A model generated the notes under the pieces. It ran no database searches, was not told the origin of the DNA, and was given only the letters and a program-made list of their open reading frames with translations. From NCBI RefSeq assembly GCF_001194135.2, contig NC_068991.1, positions 7,147,615 to 7,211,614 on the forward strand: a DNA stretch of 64,000 bases. Direction: 5' to 3'. Of the stretch, positions 48,128-64,000 are shown in pieces. Both the position numbers and the translations under genes were made by a program. Each line of letters opens with the position of its first letter. The stretch's first letter is position 1. Source of the DNA: Octopus bimaculoides. Its lineage: Eukaryota.

Positions 48128-48594
48128 TTGCTGAGTTGCAATCCCATACACTTGTCCTGACCAATGCATGCTCCCATATGTTCCTGGTACTTTTAGGGTG
48201 TCATCTCCTTCCAAATCCCTAGTGTCCATCATCATCCCCTTCTAAATCTTAAATGTCCATTACTAAGATAGGGACAGCATCTATGTATGAAGGCATGGCT
48301 CCCCTGTGACCCAATTCAAGCACAATATCCTTCAGAATCTCCTGTGGGAGCTGCTTAGTGTTGCCATTATTGGAACAAAGCCTTTTTGATAGCAAAAACT
48401 AGCTGATAACAATAGCTGATTATAACAATGAATAGGTGGTAACATTCAGATAACATTAAGCAAAAGATATAACAACATCTGGACTTTTGATTCTAAAATA
48501 AGCAGATAACTTTTAATTCATTTTAAATAAAGAATTTGGGACCAACTAAATTTGATAACAAATACTGTCTGATAACATTATCCATCGTTATAAC

Positions 48595-48745
48595 ACGTGT
48601 GTGCTTGTGTGTGTGTGTGTGTGCGTGTGTGTGTGCATGCTTGTGTGTGCATGTATGTGTGAGTGTATGCATGCATGTATGTGCATGTGTGCACGCATGT
48701 GTAAATGTGTGTGTACGTGTGTGTGCGTGCGTGTGCATGTATATG
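48595..48745. repeat. Degenerate (GT)n/GTGC microsatellite, representative of many (TA)n, (CA)n, (GA)n, (CAT)n and (TAG)n tracts
   Basis: Seen directly; (TA)n tracts border most N gaps. Confidence 0.9.
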
Positions 48746-49564
48746 GCTGTGCGGTCAAGGAGTCTGCTTCCCAACCATGTGATTTTAGGCTTTGTGCTAG
48801 TATGTGGCACCTTAGCTTCGGCCAGTGAATTCTACTATAGCCCCATGCTGTATAATATGGGAGCATGCATTGGCCAGAATAAGTCTGTGGGACTCATATT
48901 TTGTTTTTCACACCAAGCTACACAAGTTAGAGAAAGAAACCTAGCTGTTTCTTGCAATAGATACCAATACCTACGTCTAAAGCAAATTTTTTTTCTGGAG
49001 TCCTTAAAATACTATTATGGACAATTTACTATTTGGTTGCGTGGACCCCCAAAAATCTTATATGGACCCACAAGGGCCATACGGAGCCTGTTTGAGAACC
49101 CCTGGACTAGACCCTCCATGGTGGCGCCCCAGCAGAGCCGCTGTCCTATAACTGAAAGAAAGTAAAAGAACAATTTATTTTCCTGTGTTAAAAGGATATT
49201 TCTTTCAATTGTCCGACTTAAAATTACATTAGTCAGTATTTATTTATTGTTTTGCCTTATTTATAGTCAGCCTAAAGTCATTTCCGATTGTAATCAAAAC
49301 CTTGTGAGGCAAGTTAGAACTTGCTTTTCTTTATATAAAAAAGTAAAACATAACAGCTATATGATTGCTTAATGAGCTTAGATCACGTGAAAGGAGGCTT
49401 TTGACAATATATGCAAATATACAACGTATAAATTACCCCTCTCAAAGGGAAGTTATGTGCTCACTTTTTTCTTTTTGTCTTTATTAAAAATATAGTAACG
49501 ATATAGATGTATATCTGTCTGCCTGTTTGTCGTATGTATGTATGTATGTATGTATGCATGTAGT

Positions 49565-49913
49565 GGAGGCGCAATGGCCCAGTGGTTAGGGCAGTGGACT
49601 TGCGGTTTCGATTCCCAGACCGGGCGTTGTGAGTGCCTATTGAGTGAAAACACCTAAAGCTCCACGAGGCTCCGGCAGGGGGTTGTGGCGAACCCTGCTG
49701 AACTCTTTCACGCTTTTTTCCTGTTTCTGTTGTACCTGTATTTCAAAGGACCAGCCTTGTCACACTCTGTGTCATGCTGAATCACCCAGAGAACTACGTT
49801 AAGGGTACACATGTCTGCGGAGTGCTCAGCCACTTGCACGTTAATTTCACGAGCAGGTTGTTTCGTTAATCGGATCAACTGGAACCCTCGTCGTCGTAAC
49901 CGACGGAGTGCCA
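49565..49913 (+). mobile_element. SINE family C
   Basis: Homologous to 28645-29058. Confidence 0.75.
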
Positions 49914-51100
49914 CGATGTATTTATGTATATACGTACGTACGTTCTTTTCTGTTTTTAATTATTTAAATTCTTCCTCTGAGGAAAAAAAGGCGACATCAA
50001 AGAAAAAGAAAGGTGTCATCAAACACGGTTGGCATGAAGTCAGGGAAATAATTTCTAGATTACGATCCAAGGGAAATAACTTCAATAAGAACGTTATTGG
50101 TTTCAGATTTTGACAAATGATTAACATTTTTGGCGGCGGGGCTAAGATGATTACATCGTTCCCAATGCTCAACTGGTACTTATTTTGTCGACTCCGAAAG
50201 GATGAAAGGCAAAGTCGACATCGGTGGAATTTGAGCTCAGAATGTAAAGACGGACGAAATGCCGTGGAGCGTTTTATCCGGCGCCCTAACGATTCTTTAA
50301 AGAAAAATATCAATCTGTATGATAAAACAGTGTTTCTCAAACTGTTGCATTTGGTGATGGTCATCTTTTGGCAATTAAAAACACGCACTATTTATTTGAT
50401 CTTCGTTTATTTGTCCTTCAAAGTTCCTTCTTTAACAGACTCTCTGTCCCATGTGTCTCCTTTTGCCTTGTTCATTCCATCTTTCGATTTTTTTTTATTA
50501 TATCAATTACCTTTCTTTTCCTTTTACAGATCCGTTTTGCAAACTCCCTTGATGCGATTTAACGCCATCGTTTTTTAATGTACATCGTGTAGTATTAAGC
50601 CAGTATTATTTAGTTCCTAATACTTCTTAGCACTCTTCTATAAGCGAATATTTCACGCATCACACATGGTTTCAGCCAAATTCATATTCATATTCCAAAC
50701 CAATGAGGAGTAAAAAGCATACGTAAAAGTTGAAGAAATTCCAAAAATGATTATTATTATTGTCCTTGGCTGTCATCTAATTTTTGAATCTGTTAAATAT
50801 TTCTTAACCTATATCCAGCTTCTTTCATTGTTATAATTGTAAGTTCGCATTTCACCGCTCTGAATTTACACCATAGGCCAGTGGACCAGAGTTGTATAGG
50901 AACATGATGCTACTTTGATTCCAGATTTGTGTTCTGTGTAGAGATAGACATCCAGGGGCATGAATCTATGGACCAGTAAGCCAAACGAACACACAAATTC
51001 GTATTTACTACTATAGACTAATGATAAATTTTTATTAATTGAAATAGAAGCGAGTCAATTAACTCACACATTGAAACTTAACGCTGTACACCATTGCAAA

Positions 51101-51192
51101 ATAATGCGTTGTTCTTTGAAATCTCCAATGAATTATCCTGAAAATTTCCATCAAACTAAAGGGTTTGACTCGAGCAAAAAGGAAAATATATA

Positions 51193-51230
<38 letters not shown>

Positions 51231-51335
51231 CACACACACACACATATATATATTTATTTTGCTCGGGTCAAACCCTTTAGTTTGACCGAAAATTTCAGGA
51301 TAATTCACTGGAGGTTTCAAAGAACAATGCATTAT
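51101..51335. repeat. Inverted repeat (about 80-bp arms) enclosing a (TA)n/(CA)n microsatellite; MITE-like
   Basis: ataatgcgttgttctttgaaa...gtttgactcgagcaaaa versus its reverse complement at 51255-51335. Confidence 0.8.
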
Positions 51336-54300
51336 GAACAAGGGAAATAACTCCAACTTCATCTTACTGAAGAGTAAAAGAACAGTAACATGTTTAAATT
51401 GCATCTCAGAAACTCAAGTGCTCAGGATGGTGGCAGACCATTGACCTCTAGCACATCTCACAATGTGAAATCTATGTTATAACAGTGACCACCATTATAT
51501 TAATATTATTTGAGAGTTTCGAATTTCACAACTCCTAAATTTAGGACCACAAATAAATTATAAAATTTGTTCAAATTTAGTCCATAATGTTTTCTGCTCG
51601 TTGCAACAGAAATAAAATAACTGCTTCAGGGACATTGCTTTGCGACTGAAATGCAGTCATTCATCTTGCATAAAGATTGTGGCTCCCACCTACAGAGGCA
51701 TGGCAGCTACTATGATTGCTTTAGAAGTGACAGGTTTGCAAAAATGTCCTCAAGGGAAGACAGAATTCTTTAGACAGTCAGAGGCCAAATACCAAATGAC
51801 TGCAGTTGATGATATCAAGCGGACTGGACATGTACAGACAAAAGTTGTTGATAACTGTTAACATCTCAAGCACTTTGAAGTAAATGGGTGTGGAACTCAT
51901 AAAACACCAAACATGTTCACATGAAGGTCTGAAAACTGAGCCTCGGGTCCACATAGCGTGTCTGCTTTGGCTTGGTTTCTATGGCTGGAGACCCCTCTTA
52001 ATGCCAACCACTTTACAGCATGTACTGGGTACTTTTTTTTAGTTTATAATCCATAAAATTATACAATTTAAAAAAAAAAACTCTACTAGTTTTAAACTAA
52101 TAGTGGTCACTGTAGGACAGCTTGAGCTCATATAATCAAAGCTACTTGGTGAAAAATGGCTAAAATCGAAAGGTTAAAGTTATGAGAAAAAAAGTGTTTC
52201 AAAATAAAAATTTATCATTCTTGAAAATAAAGGAGAAAAAATACACAAGACTGATTTCTTTTTTTTTCTTAAAAAAAACTTTATTCGTTTCTTTAATGTG
52301 ATGATTGCAGCACTATATTGCTGACACATTGCAATATTATATTGCTAACAAAATGTTTAGCTGAAGGGGATAAGCTTTTTTTTTGTTTTTGAAATTAGTT
52401 CAGTCTAAAAATATGATTGTATTTGTTTATTTTTATTCCTAAAGAAATATATTTTATTTACAAATAGTAGCAAGCAGTTTATTATTGCTATTCCTATAAA
52501 ATGATAGGCAGCCAAACTAATATGGCAATATTTGATGGCTTTAGAAGAGCAGCAGTCAAAAATATGTTTTACAATAATATAGAGTTTAGTTATCAGAATA
52601 TACATGTTTGATCTGCAACTCGGAGTATGTGAACATGGGGGTGGGGTAGGAGAAAAAACCCCCCAGCTAAAACTACGAGTACGTTAGATCTTGGTTTTGA
52701 ATTATAAATTTTCAGCTTCTCTCTAATCCTCCAAAATAAAAATAAATTTTTAATCGCTTCTTGAATAGGTTGACTATATGTTGAATGATTTTAAATATAT
52801 TAAACCTAATTTAGTTTAGTGAATAAAAATTTAAGGTGTGCTCTGTACTCTCTTACACTTATATAGTGAAAATTATATACTGAAATAGAGTGAATTTGAA
52901 TAAAAAAAAAAAAGTCTACCAAAATTAATAAAAAACATTCCTTGGAAAGGATCAAATGATTTTTAACACTGTCACAAGGCCAGATAGGTTTTAGAGGAAT
53001 GCTTTGATACATTGGGTCCATCTTAAGATATATCTGATACATATTTTAGTGACTCCTGGATGAATAAAAGGCAATGTTTTGATCCTGGCAGAATTCAAAC
53101 TCAAGAATTCTAGTCCAGGGATGTGTTTTTATCACTGATACCAATAACAATCATTTCTACTGTGGGCAGAAGGCCTGAAAGTTTTGGGGGACGGGGTTTA
53201 GTTGATAACATCGACCTCCAGTACTCAATTGGTACTCATTTTAATCAACCCCAAAAGGATGAATGGCAAAGTTAACCTCAGTGGAATTTGAACTCAGAAT
53301 GTAAAAATGGGCAAAATATTGCTAAGCATTTTGCCTGGCTTGCTAACAATTCTGCTAGCTTGCTGCTCAGTAGTATTAATTGTTTGTAGTTTAGGCACAG
53401 GGCTAGCAATTTTTGAGGGGAGGGGGTTAACCAATTACATCGACTCTGGTATTTGATTATATTGATCCCAAAAGGAGGAAAGGCATAATTGACTTTAGCA
53501 GGATTTGAACCTCAGAAAGTAAAAGAGCCAAAACAAAAAAAAAAAAATACTGCAAGGAATTTTTGCCAATGCTTTAATAATTCTGTTGATACACTACTGT
53601 AGTAGTAGTAGTAGTAGTAATTCTTTCTATTATAGGCATAAAGCCTAAAATTTTTGGGGAAAAAGGGTTAATCAATTACATTGACCCCAGTGCTTAACTG
53701 ATATCTTATCAACCCGAAATAGATGAAAGGCAAGTCTGTCCCCGGCAGCATTTGAACTGAGAATGTTAAACCAGAAGAAATGCTGCTAAATGTCCAGTGT
53801 GCTAACAATTCTGCCAGTTTGACACATTATTATTATTATTATTATTATTAATAATAATAATGGTTTCAAANNNNNNNNNNNNNNNNNNNNNNNNNNNNNN
53901 NNNNNNNNNNNNNNNNNNNNNNNNNNNNNNNNNNNNNNNNNNNNNNNNNNNNNNNNNNNNNNNNNNNNNNNNNNNNNNNNNNNNNNNNNNNNNNNNNNNN
54001 NNNNNNNNNNNNNNNNNNNNNNNNNNNNNNNNNNNNNNNNNNNNNNNNNNNNNNNNNNNNNNNNNNNNNNNNNNNNNNNNNNNNNNNNNNNNNNNNNNNN
54101 NNNNNNNNNNNNNNNNNNNNNNNNNNNNNNNNNNNNNNNNNNNNNNNNNNNNNNNNNNNNNNNNNNNNNNNNNNNNNNNNNNNNNNNNNNNNNNNNNNNN
54201 NNNNNNNNNNNNNNNNNNNNNNNNNNNNNNNNNNNNNNNNNNNNNNNNNNNNNNNNNNNNNNNNNNNNNNNNNNNNNNNNNNNNNNNNNNNNNNNNNNNN

Positions 54301-56922
54301 NNNNNNNNNNNNNNNNNNNNNNNNNNNNNNNNNNNNNNNNNNNNNNNNNNNNNNNNNNNNNNNNNNNNNNNNNNNNNNNNNNNNNNNNNNNNNNNNNNNN
54401 NNNNNNNNNNNNNNNNNNNNNNNNNNNNNNNNNNNNNNNNNNNNNNNNNNNNNNNNNNNNNNNNNNNNNNNNNAAAAAAAAAAAAAAAAAAAATTGATAT
54501 CTGTATTGATGGATGTTTGATGATTTGATCATGTCCTTTTGGGGATATGATTAATGCTACCGAAACCAAATCACTAAAGTCTTCAACTTCTTCAAGTTAT
54601 TCATCTTTCTAAGATTTTTCTTTCTTTCTTTTTTTTTTTTGCTAATGACTTTTAGAATGCTTTAAACAAAATTCCATGTAAATATTTACAAAATGGTTTA
54701 GAATATTGTCAGAAAAGTTTCTGCTCACAGGTTTGAATGATTCATTAGCAGTTGTTGAAAGGGATTACATTGAATAGAATAATTAAATACAATATAATAG
54801 TTTGTAAAAAAAAAAAAAATTTTTTTAAAAGTCAGTTTACATTGAGTTATGACAGCTAAGATGGATAGCAGCTATAATAACTGCTAGATCTTTCATTTAC
54901 ATAACACTAATATAAAGTATTTTTTTCAAAAGATTAAGACGAGTCTGAAAATATTTATAGAATTTATCTACAGGAGTTTAATGCTTTGAAACTGCAGGAA
55001 TCTACAGAAAAAGATTATTCAAACAAATTTGAAAAAGAGATTTTGTACATCATAAATGTGTAAGTCATTTCTAAAATAAGTGTGTGACCACAAGCATGGC
55101 TGAGTGGTTAAGGAGTTAGTTTCTCAATGATGATGGACGACTCAGGTTCAATCTCAATGTGTGTCATTTTGGACAAGTGTCTTTTTATCATAGTCTCGAG
55201 TGAACCCAAGCCTTGTAGACAAAACTGGGTAGACAGAAACTGTGTGGAAGCCTACCAAATGAACTTCACCTGTAATATAACAGGCCAGCCTGGCCACACA
55301 CTCTCACACTAATTCTACCTGAGGATTATGGTAAGGCTACTAGTGTCTGTGGAATACTCAGCCACTTACACTAGAATTTAATAAGTAGTTCAGCTGATCA
55401 AACAACTGGAATATTCCTTGTAGCATCCATACAATGTGCATGCATATAACACTGCACATGTTTGTGTGCATACATAGTTGAGTGTGCATACATAAATTTG
55501 TGCGCGTTTGTCTGTCCACGCTTTTCTACTTTACATTTTCTTTCTAATCAGGGAAATATATAAAAGATTCTAGTGGTGTGCAAATTACCAGTTATAAGGC
55601 TTTAACAGGTTTCAGAAAGATCTGATGGAGGTGCAAGTAGTCAATTATAAGGTTTTGAAATGTTGTAGAATATTATAAATGGAATGATTGTGTGCTAGTT
55701 TATCAGCACAGTTACAATTATGAGAGCAAGAGAAAGAGTGTGCGTTTATGTTTGTGTGTGTGCTTAGTGATGGATGAAAAATATAAAGTATTGCTTAGCT
55801 GGAATTACAAAGAAAACTTTGCAGTAAATTGTATTATGTAGGTTGTGGATTTTATATATATATATATATATAGATTTCAATATAAAAATCTGAAGAAAGA
55901 TTCTAAAATGTAAAATTTTAGGCTTTAGTCTATTGTAGCTTTTTAATTACTATTTTTGCTTAGAAAAGTTTGTCTGCTTAAAAGCAGAGATTACTTTTTT
56001 TCCAAAGGCACAAGACAATAGATTGATTTCCAGAAATATTTAAATAGCTTTCATAAAATTGTGATAAAAGTTTATCTTGCATATTCAAATAGAAATGTAA
56101 ATACCTATTAATGAATGACTATTAAATAGAAAAGGAAATATTATATTCGATCAATGTTTTATCGAAAAAATGTGTTATGTGGGCAGTTTAAAAGTAATAT
56201 TCATTATGTACTCATTACTCTTGCTTAATGAAGGAAATATGAAATGCAAGTAGTGAAATTAAAAAAAAAAAAAAAAAATGTTTTCATATCAATTAGTATA
56301 AAAATAATATAAAAAGTTGAGATGGAAACAAAAAGTTTCTCAGAATATAAAATTTCATTATAGTTCCAGTTGGCAAAAATGTTGGCCTTTTCAGTTTACA
56401 TTTCCTTAGATGTAACTATTCACAATATAGAACCATTTTCTTCCCCCACAGAATGCTATGCTCAGAACCATGTATATTTTAGGTAAGAGAAGATAAACCC
56501 AACATTTTAAAAATATGGGGATTACATATTTAGAAATCTCTCAAATAATGGAATTAATACTAAATGTAGTCTTGGACAGTGTTTGAAATACATTAATACC
56601 GCTTTACTCAAAATAATAGATTTCGTTTCAGTTTACATCTCTTTTTACTTCTTTAAAAAAAGATTTAAGAAAAATATCGAGCATGGTTATTTCGTTTTGT
56701 AAATGGTTTCCTACCACGACCTTTATCTGGTTTGTTTTGTTCTCGTCAGAAAACTAGATATGTAAATATGTCAGATGTGGTACAAAAATACATTAACTTT
56801 GGTTTGCTCATTAAATGTAGCAATTTATAGCTGGTATTCACAACTCAGCAATGAATGCATTCATACAAACATTAGAATTTACCATTTCTTCAGAGGGGAG
56901 GTTCTCACAAAAGCCAAACTAA

Positions 56923-61981
<5,059 letters not shown>

Positions 61982-62231
61982 TCATTTTAAATTACGCTAA
62001 TTCACAAACTACCTGTAATTAAGCAATTAAGTAGCAGAACATAAAAAATGCTAAAATTAATAAAGTATTTACACAGAGTCTAACTAAACAGAAAAAGATT
62101 ATTTTTCAGTGTTCCATTTAAATATTTTTTCCATTGTAGAATAATGTGTAAATGTCAAGCTTGTTGAGTTTAACTCTTTTGATACTATCTGCGACTGCCC
62201 CTAATTCTAAGATACAAATTTCTTGTCTTAA

Positions 62232-62453
62232 CCCTTTTGATACCAACCAGCCTGAAACTGCCTCTGGCTCTGTAGTACAAATATCTTGTTTTAAAAAGTT
62301 CTGAATTAAAATCTTCCACCAAACCTTAGTCACAATTTATGTTACTAATACTAGCTTAATGATAACTAAGTTATTTTACTAAACCTTTTGTTATATTTAA
62401 CATTAACTGAAAGAAACACAGAGCATCTCAACAGAAATACAGTAACAAAAGGG
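62232..62453. mobile_element. piggyBac-like MITE, same family as 7032-7251, opposite orientation
   Basis: TTAA-CCCTTTTG...CAAAAGGG-TTAA; the interior is the reverse complement of 7032-7251. Confidence 0.85.
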
Positions 62454-64000
62454 TTAAAATTATCTAACTCCAAACATTCCATCAAAATTCCCTGTTAATT
62501 AATGTTCCAGACATCAGATTAATAATGACAAAGCTATTTTACTAAATTCCAAATTATTTTCAAAATCAACTGAGACAACGGTAGTATATTGCCACAGAAA
62601 TATGATAGGAAAAGGGTTGAACTTAAGGAACCTGTTATTTGATACTTTCTATATTATCTTCATACTAAAAAGAGTAGCTCTACAAATTTGGGTCTTTAAA
62701 TTAAAAAAGTTAAAATAGCCCCCTTCTTTTTTGTAGTTTACTGTTCAACAATAACAAAGTAACAGTATAATCATTATGAAAATAGTACATTATGATAATT
62801 GCAAGCTAGTATGATAACTATCAGAAAGTGTTAAGCGTAGAGCATGAAAGGAATTTCATTAACTTATATTAAGAACATTCTTGGCTTCAAATTACATAGA
62901 TCCATATCCAAATTTTGCTTCGTTAAGATTTTACTAATTTGGAATACATAAATAAAACGCCTTCACTCCATACAAAAACAAAATAAAAATAACATACTGA
63001 TTGCAGACATATATACTCTCTCTCTCTCTCTCTCTCTCTCTCACATCCACACAAACACTACTGCAACTAAACAAATACTATAGATATTCAGCCCAGTTCT
63101 TGAATGTAATTTTGCAGTGAAAACACGACCAGACAGCAAATATGTTGGTCTGACAATGAAAGGATTGTAATTTCAACCTAATTGGTCTTATTCTACTTTG
63201 ATGCAGTTAGAATAGATTTATTCTCTCGGCAGGTTGTGTACATCACTTTAGCACTTTAGATATGTGGAAGTAATTTTCTAGTAGCAGTAATTTCACGATA
63301 AGTAGATGAATAAAATTATGTAATACAACACAGAGCAAAGGAGTTGACTCTGGCTGGGAATTTATATTTTTTAATTTTCCTTTACTGGTTCCAGCCATTT
63401 GACTTTGACTGTGACTGTTCTCGGACACCACCTAGGATATTGTCAATTAGAATAATCTCAGTTCCTCTTTTATTGACCTTCTAAAGGTCTATTATAATTC
63501 AATTCACATCTAAGACACATTATAGGGATTTATTCCAATTCTTGACTGGTAACTTTATTTTATCAATTGAATGATGGAAAGTAAGGATTGTATCCACAGT
63601 GTAAAAAGCTGAACCATAGTAGCACAAGCATTTTGTTCAAGATTCTAACTATTGTTCAGCGTTCTAACTATGGTCCAGGACTCTAGCATTTTAACTATTC
63701 TGGATTCTAACTACTCTGGCAATCCACTAGTTACAAAGAATGGTAGAGTAGAACAGTGCTGGGATTTGAATACAGTATGTAACTAAAAACCGTTTGGTAT
63801 TTTTCCAAATGTTTTAAGAATTCTGTCAACTACTGTCATATGTGTGTGTGCGTGTGTGTGCATGCAGATATGGTTGTGTAATTAAGAAGTGTGCTATGCA
63901 ACCATGTGGTTATGGATTCAGTCCCACTGTGCAGCAACCTAGGGGAAGTGTCGTTTTCTGTAGCCCTGGGCCAACCAATGACTTGGAGTGAAACAAGTAG

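Larger units (their letters stand above)
18238..54473. other. Assembly gaps (large N runs)
   Basis: N runs at 18238-18605, 21769-22212, 24251-25032, 30454-30684, 39513-40153 and 53871-54473, plus several short ones. These sequences are unseen and could hide features. Confidence 0.98.

Noticed and set aside
18153-54569. Long ORFs (150-337 aa) at 18.2, 21.7, 24.2, 39.4 and 53.8 kb
   Set aside because: They consist of X from N gaps plus YI/HT/CV microsatellite translation, so they are artefacts
54677-54690. Perfect palindrome TGTAAATATTTACA (Pumilio-like site on both strands) downstream of PAK
   Set aside because: Expected by chance in very AT-rich DNA, and the 3'UTR extent is unknown

Overview
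This is AT-rich, microsatellite- and gap-rich eukaryotic (animal) genomic DNA. The tRNA-derived SINEs and RTE tails suggest a coleoid cephalopod, probably Octopus; that is an inference, not a database match. I reconstructed three spliced protein-coding genes by hand, all with GT-AG introns and consistent phases. (1) + strand: the 3' part (8 exons, 804-12305) of a mitochondrial transcription factor B2 (mtTFB2/TFB2M-like). (2) - strand: a complete 3-exon sphingosine-1-phosphate phosphatase (SGPP1/2-like, 461 aa, 43319-18902). (3) - strand: the last 5 kinase-domain exons of a group II PAK (PAK4/5/6, mbt-like; 61948-56923). The rest is a mosaic of several tRNA-SINE families, 5'-truncated RTE LINEs, piggyBac- and pogo-like MITEs, a probable Penelope remnant, microsatellites and N gaps. 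There is no CRISPR array, operon or prokaryotic system, and most long ORFs in the track are artefacts of N runs or microsatellites. I cannot demonstrate a new biological system. The best leads are three hammerhead-ribozyme-like motifs: one in the loop of a 239-bp fold-back element, one with an intact catalytic core in a type II-like permutation, and one degenerate minimal type I. Other leads are a candidate in-phase alternative last exon in SGPP intron 1 and inverted SINE pairs that could form dsRNA.
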